From positions 224,001 through 288,000 of the forward strand of contig CAWJZV010000014.1 in assembly GCA_963847445.1 (NCBI GenBank): a stretch of DNA of 64,000 bases, given 5' to 3'. Under the pieces are notes generated by a model, which worked only from the letters and a program-made list of their open reading frames with translations, searched no databases and was not told the origin of the DNA. Source of the DNA: an uncultured delta proteobacterium. Its GTDB lineage: Bacteria > Desulfobacterota > Binatia > UBA9968. Positions 34,762-45,130 of the stretch are shown here, piece after piece. The position numbers and the translations under genes were made by a program. Each line of letters begins with the position of its first letter. Positions within the stretch are counted from its first letter, which is position 1.

Positions 34762-35909
34762 TTAGGCGTACAGACCGATGCGTTCATTGATGACGCCAAG
34801 ATCGATGAGTTGGTTCTTGGCCGGGTCGCGGATCACGCCGAGCGGGTCGAAACCCTGCTGCACTCGCTCGATCTGCTCTCTGAGAAGCTTACGCAGCTCG
34901 ATGACCCCCTCATCACCGACACCGAGATGCTCGGTGGCACGATCGGTAAGCTCGCCTTGAGTTTCCCATGCCATGGAATCCTGTGCCGACACCATGTCCA
35001 TACGGTATTTGCGCGGCGCGGTTTTAAGCGGCGTGAACCGATACGGCACCGGCGTACCGGCCGGCGAACTCTCAGTCTCGGATGGCACAAAGTTGGCGCG
35101 AAACACTTGCGTATGGTGATCGTCCACCGGCACGCGTATCTGCAGATTGTGCCGCACCGACTTGCCGTCGTCGAACGGCGCGACATGGCGCAGCACCGTC
35201 GGAAACAACAACGGGTGCTCGTCGACCTCGGGCTTGCTGCCGGTGGCGAGAGCTAACGTCGTGCGGCGTTTTTTGATGCCGTATTCGAAACGGATGAATT
35301 CATGCCGCTCGGAATACTTTTTCACCCGCGGCGCCAAGTGCGCCGTGTCGCCATGAAGCCAGAACAGATGCGATGGGTCGACGGAGTTTTCCATCGGTTG
35401 CAGCCAATTGCACTCGATGATCGATTCTTTGACGATCCACCGCTTGCCATGTTCCCAGACCAAAACATCCCAGCGGGGCAACAGCGGCGCCGGCGCGGGA
35501 CCGAGGTAGGCGTAAATCAGTCCGCCCAAGTATTGCACCGGGATAGGCGACCTGTTTGATGCGATCTTTGAAGGTGTTGTCGGCCGGGTTCCGCCGGCTG
35601 CTCCAGACATTTCCCCGTGCCGTCGAACTTCCAGCCATGATAGGGGCAGCGAATGCCTTGTTCATCGACTCGGCCGTAGGCGAGGGATGCCAAACGATGC
35701 GGACAGTGCTCGCCGACCAATCCGTAGTTGCCCGAGCGGTCGCGGTAGACCACCAATTCCTCGCCGAGAATCTTGACGGCGCGTATCGGCTTATCGTCGG
35801 TCAATTCGGCGGACGCGGCGACCGGATGCCAATAACGCCGCAACAATTCGCCGCACGGCGTGCCCCGGCCAACTTGCGTCAGCAGTATGTTTTCGTCATG
35901 GGTCAGCAT
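34762..35909 (-). CDS. Rieske oxygenase alpha subunit (frameshifts near 35550-35590)
   Basis: CPH, CPYHG, ENSVDPSHLFWLH and QDSMAWETQG motifs. Confidence 0.9.
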
Positions 35910-36091
35910 ACTAGGTTTTCACCAGCGCAAACCACGTCCGCCGATCCGCCATCCGCGATTTTCAATCCTCGACAAGATTCTAAGCCGAGCCGTGCGCTGC
36001 AACTCATGATACGGTGAATCTTGCGCGCTTCGTCCAGGCGCAGCGGAACTCATGCCATCGAATCTTTTTGCACGCTTCTACGACCGGGTTA

Positions 36092-36217
36092 AATCAACCG
36101 GGCATTTCGCGATCGGGGTATGAGCCCCGCTCGCGACCAAAGGGGATGTTCAACCCCCTTTGGAAACCCCAAAAGTCAACCTCCGTGCCCGCAGCAAGCT
36201 GCGGGGAATATTAGATT
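36092..36217. mobile_element. 126-bp three-hairpin element, copy 1 (MITE/PATE-like)
   Basis: Near-identical to 49134-49254. Confidence 0.75.
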
Positions 36218-36223
36218 TAACTT

Positions 36224-36892
36224 TTACTCCTGCTTCTTGTTGAGCATCTGCTCGTATCCAAGCCTCTCCAACATTTCGCGGCCCGAATAACCCTTGCGGA
36301 TACCGGCGGCCATTTCTTGTTCCTTGGCGTAAATCCCCTCGGCGGCAGCGACCACTTCTTGCTCTTTTTCCCTGGGAATAATGATGATGCCGCTGCCGTC
36401 GGCGAGAACCAGATCGCCGGGACGGCATTGCACGCCGGCGAACTGAATTTCTTGATTGTAAGATTCCTGGACCACGCGATTGCGCGCCGTCATCGGCACC
36501 ACGCCGCGGGCGTACACCGGGAACTCCAAATCGCGCGCCTCGTCGATGTCGCGCGACGCGCCGTCGATGACCACGCCGCTCAGGCCCTTGAGCTTGGCCG
36601 ACAGCGCCAGCAGACCACCCCAACAGGAGAACTCCAGCTTGCCGCCGTTATCGATGACGATGACATCGCCCGGCTGCGCCGCTTCAATCGGCGCCGTGCC
36701 CAAATGCTGCGTCGGCTGCTGCAAGCCTGCCGGCTTGATCTTCATCGTCACCGCCCGGCCGGCGATTTTCGGGCACGGCCACTGCGGCCGCACGCCCCAG
36801 GTCGCCCCCTTGAGACTCAAACTGTCCAACGCATCCGACACCGCGCAGGTGTCGAGCTTGATCAGTCTTTCGATTATCGGCTCACGTGCCAT
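36224..36892 (-). CDS. RraA-family / HMG-CHA aldolase (LigK-like)
   Basis: VSDALD, GRAVT, WGGLL, DGASRD and GDLVLADGSG motifs. Confidence 0.9.
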   Translation of the reverse strand: MAREPIIERLIKLDTCAVSDALDSLSLKGATWGVRPQWPCPKIAGRAVTMKIKPAGLQQPTQHLGTAPIEAAQPGDVIVIDNGGKLEFSCWGGLLALSAKLKGLSGVVIDGASRDIDEARDLEFPVYARGVVPMTARNRVVQESYNQEIQFAGVQCRPGDLVLADGSGIIIIPREKEQEVVAAAEGIYAKEQEMAAGIRKGYSGREMLERLGYEQMLNKKQE

Positions 36893-36990
36893 GACAACTC
36901 CACCAGCCAATTTCTGCTACTGACGCGTTTTAGCGCCTTGAATCCGATTTAACTTTGAACTTTTGAACCTGGAACCTTGCAACCAGTCTT

Positions 36991-37948
36991 TTACTGCCAG
37001 TACGCGAAGCCCATCCCGCAGCCGGTCGCCGCCGGCGAGCGATAGGTCGTGACATATTCGAGATATTTCAGATCGCGATGCTCCATCGCGCCGGCGAGCG
37101 CCACCCAGTTGAGAATCTCCGACGTGCCGCCGGTCAATTTTTGCCGCGGCAACTGAAACAGCACTTCCGGCTTCTTATTTTTCAGTCCGTCGATCACCAT
37201 GGCGTCGATTTCTTCGTCGATCACCACATGGCTCAGCCCGCCCGACGCCAACAGCGCCACGCGCTTGGTGCTATCCCATGACTCGATGGCTTTGCGCACC
37301 GCCTGGCCAAAGGCGTAGCAGCGCTTCGGCGTCGGCTGGTTCGGCGGATAGTAGGTGTTCACCATCACCGGCACCATCGGCAGCTTGGTTCCCGGTAGAA
37401 TGCGCCGATAGAGAAAACTGAAACGCATGGCCGACGCCGATCTCGGCGCGCAGTTTGTTGCAGCGCGTGATGTCGAACTCCGCGTCGGTGAGACCGCGAA
37501 TCAAATGATCCGCCAAGTCGGATGCGGTCTCGTATTCCGGCGCGGTTTCCGCCCAGCCCTGCTCTTCGGCATTTTTCCATGCCGCCGGCCGCAGGTTGTT
37601 ATGCTTCACCACCGGCAAGCCCTTGCCGTGGTAGATCGCGAACATCGGCATGTTGTCGTCGTGAAACTGTTCCTGCTGATCGTCGCCGAAAACCACCACG
37701 ACATCGGCGTTGGCCTTTTGCAATGCGTCGCCTAGAGTTTTAATCGCCTTCAGACAAGCTTCATCGCGCTCGTGAAACTTCTCCGGTGTGAGCTTCGCCG
37801 CCAATCCGGGCTTCGCCTTCGCCAGCAAACCTTGGTAGTCGAGCCGCGGATCGGTCTGATCCTTTTTAAGCAGATGATCCCAGTCCTTGGCCCGGATGCT
37901 CAACTGCGGACTATGCGATGTGCCGATGCCGATAACGATCTCTGCCAT
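36991..37948 (-). CDS. LigB-family (class III) extradiol ring-cleavage dioxygenase (frameshift near 37420)
   Basis: GTSHSP, GDDQ.E.F, GHA, ASGGLSH and GTSEILNW motifs. Confidence 0.9.
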
Positions 37949-38192
37949 AAATTTTCTCCTCCCTGGCCATCGGGCCATTGAACCGGTCGCGCAGCTCGGA
38001 ATGTGTCATTGATCTACAAGCAAACTTCCGTCTCTGTCAAGCAACACAACATTCCGGACTCGTTTGTTTCATGGTTTTGCGTCTTTGCGTTAACGTCCTG
38101 ATTCTTTTTTGCGTTCTTCGCGGCAAGACTTTCTTGCTTGACGATTGCCCAGCGCTTGCCGTAACAATTACCCAAAAGCTTGGAGGTGACCC

Positions 38193-39286
38193 ATGGCGGC
38201 AACCAGCCGAGGCGCGACATTACTGGGACCGGATAAATTGGAAATCGAGGGAATATCCCATCCCTGACATTGGCGCCGACGGCGGCCTGGTCAAAGTCGA
38301 AATGGGCGGCGTCTGCGGTTCCGATTTCAAGTATCTCCACGGTGGCAAGAACGGCTTGCCCTACCCGCTCATCCTCGGCCACGAGATTTTGGGCCGTGTG
38401 CGAAAAACTCGGCAAGGAAGCGGCAGCGATCCACGGCATCAAAGAAGGCGACCGCATCATCATGAAAGGCGCTAAGGGCTGCGGCCGCTGCGCCCACTGC
38501 CGGCGCGGCGCGGCGCGCTTTTGCAAAGCGCGTATCGGCTACGGCGGCCAGACTACCTGCGCCAACCCGCCCCATCTATTCGGCGGCTTCGCCGACTATC
38601 TTTATCTTGTGCCCGATATTCTCGTCACCAAAGTCAGTAACGACCTGCCGGCCGAAGCGGCGGTGCTCATCGGCGCCGTCATGGCCAACGGATTTCAATG
38701 GGCGGTGCGCCAAGGCGGCGTCAAGATGGGCGATAGCGTGCTGATTCAGGGGCCGGGCCAGCAAGGCCTCGCCTGCACGTTCGCGGCGAAGATGGCTGGC
38801 GCCGCCAAGATATTCGTCACCGGATTAAGTCGCGACGCCGAACGTTTGGAGGTCGCCAAAAAATTTGGCGCTACGCGGACGATCGATGTCGAGAAGGAAA
38901 ATGTCCTTGAAGTCATTCGCGCAGAAACCGACGGCGAGCTGGTCGACGTCGCGGTCGATGTTTCCGGCAACGTCCAGGCGATCCGCACTTCGGTGGAATG
39001 CGTGCGCACCCTCGGCACACTCGTCGTCGGCGGCCTGACGCGAGACGGCATCGACGTGCCGTTGAACGTGAATCTAATCGTCCGCCGGCAAATCCGTTTC
39101 CAAGGCGCCTTCACCACCGACAACGACGCCACCGAGATCGCCATGAACGCCATCCAAGCGAGCAAGTTCCCCGTCCAGCAAATGGTCACCCACACTTTTC
39201 CGCTCGATGAGACCGAAAAATGCATCCGCGCCGTCGGCGGCGAGATCGAAGGACTGTATCCGGTGAAGGCGTTGATCAAACCGTAA
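38193..39286 (+). CDS. Zinc-dependent MDR alcohol dehydrogenase (frameshifts near 38250 and 38400)
   Basis: GVCGSD, GHE, CGRCAHC...C and GPGQQG motifs. Confidence 0.9.
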
Positions 39287-39357
39287 CGCGTCTGCGGTGG
39301 GTGCGGCGGTCCGGCCCGAGGGGGCAAGCTGAATTTGGCGCGCGGGAAATTTCAGAC

Positions 39358-40002
39358 CTATCGTTCGAGTATGGATGTGTCGACGCCCTCGTTTGAGTTT
39401 GCTTCCGATACTGCGGCCAGGGCGGCGGGATGCGCAAGCTGGGACTTTGCTGAGTTCGATTGCCGGCGGCGCGAACGCAGCCATGCGACTATTCGCCGCG
39501 AGATGTCCGCCTAACGCTTGGGCTTGCTGATTAAAGACCGACACCATTCCCCGTATGCCGTCGCGCAAGCGATTCACTTCGGCGGTAAGCGCGTTTACTT
39601 CGGAAACCCGGCTTGCCAAAGTTTCGTCCTTGGATTTTACCTCGGTCTTCAGTTCACTGACTGTCGCGGTCAATTCGCCGTTCGAGTGCTTGACTGGCCA
39701 ACCTCCTTTCTCTCAAGGAGATCCCTTGTCTCTTTCAACCTGGTGTCGAGCGCGCTGATTTCACCGTTGAGTTTCTCGATGGTTCGGGCGGCCTGCTGGC
39801 TGTCATTGGTCGCTGCCGTGTCAGCCTCTGCCGCGGCTAACCTTAATCTACCGACGCGCTCGTCAAGTAGTTTTTCAAACTCCACTAACTCCTTGCGCAG
39901 GCTGGTAGCGGTACCGCGAATTATCCCATCGGGTAGAGGGGCGTTACTCGGCTCGAAAGGGTTTGCTCCCACCTCGTTAAGGGCATCATAGATTTTGCTC
40001 AT
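39358..40002 (-). CDS. Coiled-coil protein (frameshift near 39700; 3' end uncertain)
   Basis: MSKIYDAL start with GGAGG RBS; heptad-rich in two consecutive frames. Confidence 0.55.
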
Positions 40003-40530
40003 ATTGCCTCCGGTGCGGCCATGCTTTTGTCACAACTCGTCTGGTTAGTTTGCTCGCGTTTGGCCAGATTCAGCCGGAGAAAGCATATCCTATGCCGACA
40101 CCGGAGCCCGGGATTAACCTATCGAAAACTAACGATCTTGTTAGCGAAGGTTGATTTCAGAGATAACAATTCTGGACAAATCTCGACTCGAATGCAGTGC
40201 CGCTAGCGCGCGCAACGACAGCGGTGTTGACCGATCTCAGTGGCGGCGGCGGCCGTAATAGGCGCGGGGTACAATCCAGAGCGACAGAGCGTGGCAATCC
40301 GTTTGGGCGGACCTGACGCAACTTCTCTTCGGCTGAAATGGTAATCATCAAGGTGAATCAACCGCGACGTGACCGTGATCTAGGTGTAGCGACTCACACT
40401 GCGCGACAAACATCGACAGGGTTTTTTTGGCCGGCGGATCCTGATAGAAATAGCACTGGCCATTGATCGACGAGCGTCGTACAGCGATTATTTACGATTA
40501 ACCGTCTGCGGTGAGTGAGAGGGCAAGCCG

Positions 40531-42579
40531 ATGAAAACCAAACTTTGCGATGCGCTAAAGTTGGCATTTTCTCGATTTCTTCTGGGAGCCTTAGGAATAT
40601 GGTGCACCCTCGGCCCAATCCTGCTCATGACCGCCTCCGATTCAGCGGGTCAGGAACTAAAGGTTCTCTTGGTTCTTTTACTTGCCCCATGTTACGCCAT
40701 CGTGCTCGTCATCTGCTGGCGTGCCAGATGGGACGCCCTTAGAGAGCTTGCGTCGGAAACCAGGCTCGCCATGTGCTTCATGCTCGCCGGCTTATTGCTA
40801 AGCGAAATGACCGGGATCTTCCTGGCAGCCAAACATAAGCTCGTGCCCGTGTATGTCTACGTCGGTTTTTTACTCACCGAACTGGCAAAATCACAACGAT
40901 TCATCAAAGCGTGCAGCGAATATTTACGCGCGCACACGACCCGTTCCAATGGGGCCTTTATTAAGAACGCTCTCGCTGAACCGCAGTCGCCGGGAGAGCT
41001 GCCCGCTCACATCGACGAACTCGCGCACCAGAACGCCGAGCATTCCGACCGGCCGGCGGAAAGCCAAAGAACGTTAGCCGAATACGAGCAGCAAAAGGGT
41101 AGTTTGATGAGTGCGCAAATAGAGATCCGGCAGCTGCGCGAAATCATCGACAATCTCGGAAACCAGCTCCAAGCAAGCCAGAGCGATTTCACACAAATGA
41201 CGGCCAGATATCACGAAGCCGATGGTGTCAATGAGACGTTGCAAAGCACCGTCGCGGCGTTGAATCGAAATCTCGCGGAACGAGATAATCGGATAGCAAC
41301 ACTCCAGAGCGCCGCACAAGAAGCGGCGAGAATACAAATTGAAAATCAACGACTCCGCGTTGAAAATCAGGGATTACGCGATGAAGCGACTGGCCAACGA
41401 CTCCAACTCAATGCGCGAGACACGCAGTTGCGGGAATTGGCCCGCCAGAATCTCGAGGGTGCCGATCGTCACGAGCGTCTTGAAACGGCAGTCAACGACC
41501 TTCACCGACGGCTCAAAGACAACCAGTCAAGGGAACAAGAACTAGCAGCGGCGCGCCAACAACTAGCCAGCCTCGAAGAACGCGAAAACTATCATAGCAA
41601 GCAAATACCGCAGTTGGAGGCGCGACTCGCAGACATGGAGCGCGAAATCACCGCCGCCAAAAACCAAGCCCAAGTGCTTGATGATGCGCGTCGGCGCTTG
41701 AGCGACACCCAGCAAATCTGTCAGGAACTGGCCGATGAGAATCGCCGGCTATGGCAAGAAGTTTCGCGATGGCAGGAAGGCTTCGCTGTTAGCGTGGCAA
41801 CTCGCGTCGCATCTGACTCCAAGGACATAAAGGTTGTACAAACCCGAGCAAATGGCGGCGCCGAATTTTCCGTGGATTGGCACAGTTTGTTGCCCACCAA
41901 GAGCGACGAACACATGCCAGCCGAAACCTCCATCTGGGAAACGACATCACCGCATAAAGGCTTGCAGAGAACCCGAGGCGAACACCGGCAACTTAGTTCA
42001 GGAGATTCGCCAGCGGGAGTCTCCATGGAAACAGAACAAGATACGAATTGGCGGGCCTTGAAGTCAGTCAAGCAACAATGGCACTTCGGAGCCCTCGCCG
42101 CCTCCGTGGTTGCGGTCGCTGGCGCAGTCGCCCTGGGAATGTTGGGAAACAGAATTTCACCGCCAAAAGAGGCGACGGTGGCGATCACAAGCAGCTCTCA
42201 GGAATATCCAGTTGAAGCTGCCTCGAAACCCCAAAGCGAACCTGAGCCGCGACCGCAAGGCGCCGTTTCGCCAACAAACACCTCCCCGGAATATCGGGCT
42301 CAAGCTGTCGCAAAGCCCCAGAGCAAACCAGCGCCGCAACAACGTGGCGTCGTTCAAACCGTTCGTCCAACGCCAAGACGCGGGACATTTGAAACCGTTC
42401 TTGCAACCCAAGTTTACGACGGACCAAGTGAGAACGCAGCGCTGGTCGCCTCGATCCAGGCCGGGATGAAAGTCAATGTTGTAAACTCTAGCCGCGGTTG
42501 GTTAGAGATTCGCTCCAGATACGGACGCCCGCCCGGCTTCATTCGTCAAGATACAGCGGTCATGGTTGCCCAGAACTAA
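40531..42579 (+). CDS. Multi-TM, long coiled-coil, TM, Pro-rich linker and SH3b-domain protein
   Basis: Hydrophobic N-terminus, about 280 aa of heptads, second TM; C-terminal VYDGPS...GWLEIRS...PGFI. Confidence 0.8.
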   Translation: MKTKLCDALKLAFSRFLLGALGIWCTLGPILLMTASDSAGQELKVLLVLLLAPCYAIVLVICWRARWDALRELASETRLAMCFMLAGLLLSEMTGIFLAAKHKLVPVYVYVGFLLTELAKSQRFIKACSEYLRAHTTRSNGAFIKNALAEPQSPGELPAHIDELAHQNAEHSDRPAESQRTLAEYEQQKGSLMSAQIEIRQLREIIDNLGNQLQASQSDFTQMTARYHEADGVNETLQSTVAALNRNLAERDNRIATLQSAAQEAARIQIENQRLRVENQGLRDEATGQRLQLNARDTQLRELARQNLEGADRHERLETAVNDLHRRLKDNQSREQELAAARQQLASLEERENYHSKQIPQLEARLADMEREITAAKNQAQVLDDARRRLSDTQQICQELADENRRLWQEVSRWQEGFAVSVATRVASDSKDIKVVQTRANGGAEFSVDWHSLLPTKSDEHMPAETSIWETTSPHKGLQRTRGEHRQLSSGDSPAGVSMETEQDTNWRALKSVKQQWHFGALAASVVAVAGAVALGMLGNRISPPKEATVAITSSSQEYPVEAASKPQSEPEPRPQGAVSPTNTSPEYRAQAVAKPQSKPAPQQRGVVQTVRPTPRRGTFETVLATQVYDGPSENAALVASIQAGMKVNVVNSSRGWLEIRSRYGRPPGFIRQDTAVMVAQN

Positions 42580-42734
42580 CATGCGCACGGCAACAAACAC
42601 CTACGTTCGGCGTCGCCCGCGATTGCTTGGCCGGCAATCATGTAATGATCATGATCTTCGCCCTCACTGATCAACCGCGAAACAGTCAGAAGAACATGAT
42701 CAAGAGTCTTCACCCGATCGAAATCTTTCCCGGC

Positions 42735-42761
42735 GTAAGGGCGCAGCATGCTGCGCCCTAC
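42735..42761. repeat. GTAG-type REP hairpin
   Basis: GTAAGGGCGCAGCATGCTGCGCCCTAC between convergent genes. Confidence 0.7.
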
Positions 42762-42808
42762 CAAATACGCACCCTATTTGAAACGATCACGAACCACTAA
42801 AACCATTC

Positions 42809-43835
42809 CTATTTCTTCTTCGGCAAAAGAATATCCTTTAATCGCGCCACGGTCGCCGGTTTCAGATCGTAGAGGCCGGACAAGGTCTTCGCGATCGTCG
42901 GCCCGTCCACTGGACCGATATCAAGCTGGGATCGTTTTGCTTCGGCGATGAGATCTGGATCTTTAAAGCTTCGGATAAACGCTCGTTGCAATAGCTCCAG
43001 CCGATCCTTGGCCATTCCGGGCGGCACCGAGAAGGGAAACTGCGCGCCATGGACATCGTCGGCGATCTTCAGCAGCTCGCGTGACTCTTCGGTCTTGGCG
43101 AAACTCATCGCCACCGGAATTTGTTTGTACTTGGGATTGGGCTTCAGCGTCGCTTGTAGCACCGGGATGATTTTCTTGCTGTCGTAGGCGCTGCGCCACA
43201 CCGTCTCCACCGTCCCCCAGGAGCCGCAGTAACCGTCGACTTCGCCGGACTCCACGGCGAGACGCGCGTCCGCGCCGCCCTTGTAACCATCGATCACGTC
43301 CATCGGCAGATTGAGCGCGACTTTGAGCAAGTTTAGGAATGTCGGAGGTACTGGTACCGGGACCGATGGTGGAAATTTTTTGCGGCCGTTTGGCGTTGAC
43401 CCAATCGTCCATCTTGGTGATGCCGCTCTTCTGGTTGAAGGTGCACACGGTATCGTACTCGGATGGAATGCCGAGATAGCCGAAGCGCCTGCCGTCGAAC
43501 TGCGCCGCCTCATTGCCCATGATATGCTGCAACACCAGCGGCGACGCCCAGGCGCCAATGGTCAAACCGTCGGGCTTGACGCGATTGTACAGATGATTGG
43601 CCGCGATCATGCCGCCGGCGCCGGTCATGTTCTCGACGATGCGCGTCGGATTGCCCGGCAAGTAGCGGCCGACGTAACGCGCCAGCACCCGCGCATAAAG
43701 ATCGAACGAGCCGCCCGGCGAGTAGCCAACGATGATCGTCAACGTCTTGTCCTTGTACTCCTGCGCTCCGACGGCTGACTGACTGACAATGATAACAACG
43801 CCGGCCAGCGCCAACGCGCGTAACCACTTGTTCAT
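42809..43835 (-). CDS. Bug/TctC-family tripartite tricarboxylate transporter substrate-binding protein (frameshift near 43325)
   Basis: IVGYSPGGSFD, VENMTGAGG, KPDGLTI and GYKGGADARLAVESGEVDG motifs. Confidence 0.9.
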
Positions 43836-43899
43836 AAAATCTCCTCGTGATTAGAAACTTGGTGCTTCAGGCTTCTTGTGGATGGGTCATAAAGCCAAG

Positions 43900-43922
43900 A
43901 GGGCGGGTTTAAAACCCGCCCT
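43900..43922. repeat. REP-like hairpin
   Basis: AGGGCGGGTTTAAAACCCGCCCT. Confidence 0.6.
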
Positions 43923-43995
43923 TTGTACAACTCCGATTCCTTTTTGCGCCCTTTGCGTTCTTTGCGGCCATTCTTCTTCGAAGGAGCCAGAAACT

Positions 43996-44599
43996 TTAGC
44001 CGCGGCCGACGAAGGTCATCGCTCTTTCCTCGGTGCGCTCGAGATATCTGACGAAGGTGTACTTATTTTCCGCGAGATCGGTGTTGGGACGGGGAATCTC
44101 GCGATGCAGCAAGCTCTCTTCGACCTTGCAGACAAAGAAGCCCAACTCGCTTTTGCTCAACGCGTCGATACCCGATTTCTTGAATTCCTCGAAGTCACGG
44201 ATCGTTTGCGCACTCTCGATCCCCGCGCCCTTGGCCATGGCGGCCAAATCCGTGTTGCCGGAGGTCGCGCTGGGATAGCTGATGCGGCTGCCGCTGTAAA
44301 CGCCGTTGTCGAACACATAGACGACTAGAGTTTTTCGGCCGCAAGTTGCCCAGCGTGGCCAAGTTGAACAGGGAAAGCAGCACGCTGCCGTCGGAGTCGA
44401 GGGCGATCACTTTTCGGTGCGGCAGCGCCAACGCCAACCCGGTGGCCACGCCGATGGCGCAGCCCATCATGCCGACCAGCAGATTGCCTTCATGGCGCGA
44501 CAGATGCGACCACTCGATGCGCTGGCCGCTTTGCGAGGTCACGACCAATTGATCGGTCATCTTAGTGGCCAAGAGCTGCAAACATTCATAGCGAATCAT
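43996..44599 (-). CDS. TPP-binding beta subunit, ComE/phosphonopyruvate decarboxylase-like, copy 2 (frameshift near 44330)
   Basis: GMMG, GLALALP, DSDGS and FDNGVY motifs. Confidence 0.85.
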
Positions 44600-45102
44600 T
44601 CGGAAAACTCCCCGGCGAACAACAGCGCGTAGGGACCGCGCAATGAATTTGCCGCCCGCACCGCGTCTTTGATTTTGATCTCAAGCTTCGCGCCATCCTC
44701 GAGTAGCATATGGTCGATGCCTAAACCGTCGAGCACGGGGATCGAATGTTTGCCGATGGTGGCGTAGAGAAAACTGTTGCGCCAATCCGGCACGCCGCCG
44801 AGGTAAGCGATCACCAGCAACAGCGGCACGCCCAATTGCTTGCCCACCGTTACCAATGGGTAACAGGACGTATAGATGCCGGTGTTTTCCATATACACCG
44901 CGGCCTGCTTGCCGCCGAGCGTCGCTCCGGCAGCGATGGTGATCGCCTCTGATTCGTTGGCCACCGCGATCAGTTCCATGTCCGGGTCATCGCGAATCAG
45001 CGGCACGATCTGGCTCAAACGAGTCTCCGGCAAATAGGTTACGAAATTAATCCCAGCGTCTTTGAGACTCTGAACCAGTCTTTTGGCAAGTTCGTCTTTC
45101 AT
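44596..45102 (-). CDS. TPP enzyme alpha subunit, ComD-like, copy 2
   Basis: LKDAGINFVTYLPET, NESEA and YMENTG motifs. Confidence 0.85.
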   Translation of the reverse strand: MKDELAKRLVQSLKDAGINFVTYLPETRLSQIVPLIRDDPDMELIAVANESEAITIAAGATLGGKQAAVYMENTGIYTSCYPLVTVGKQLGVPLLLVIAYLGGVPDWRNSFLYATIGKHSIPVLDGLGIDHMLLEDGAKLEIKIKDAVRAANSLRGPYALLFAGEFSE

Positions 45103-45130
45103 AGATGGTAGTCTGAATTAGCAGGGAAAA

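Noticed and set aside
36092-36217. CRISPR array or known riboswitch
   Set aside because: Only two copies 13 kb apart, no regular repeat-spacer array, no cas genes and no aptamer consensus I recognise
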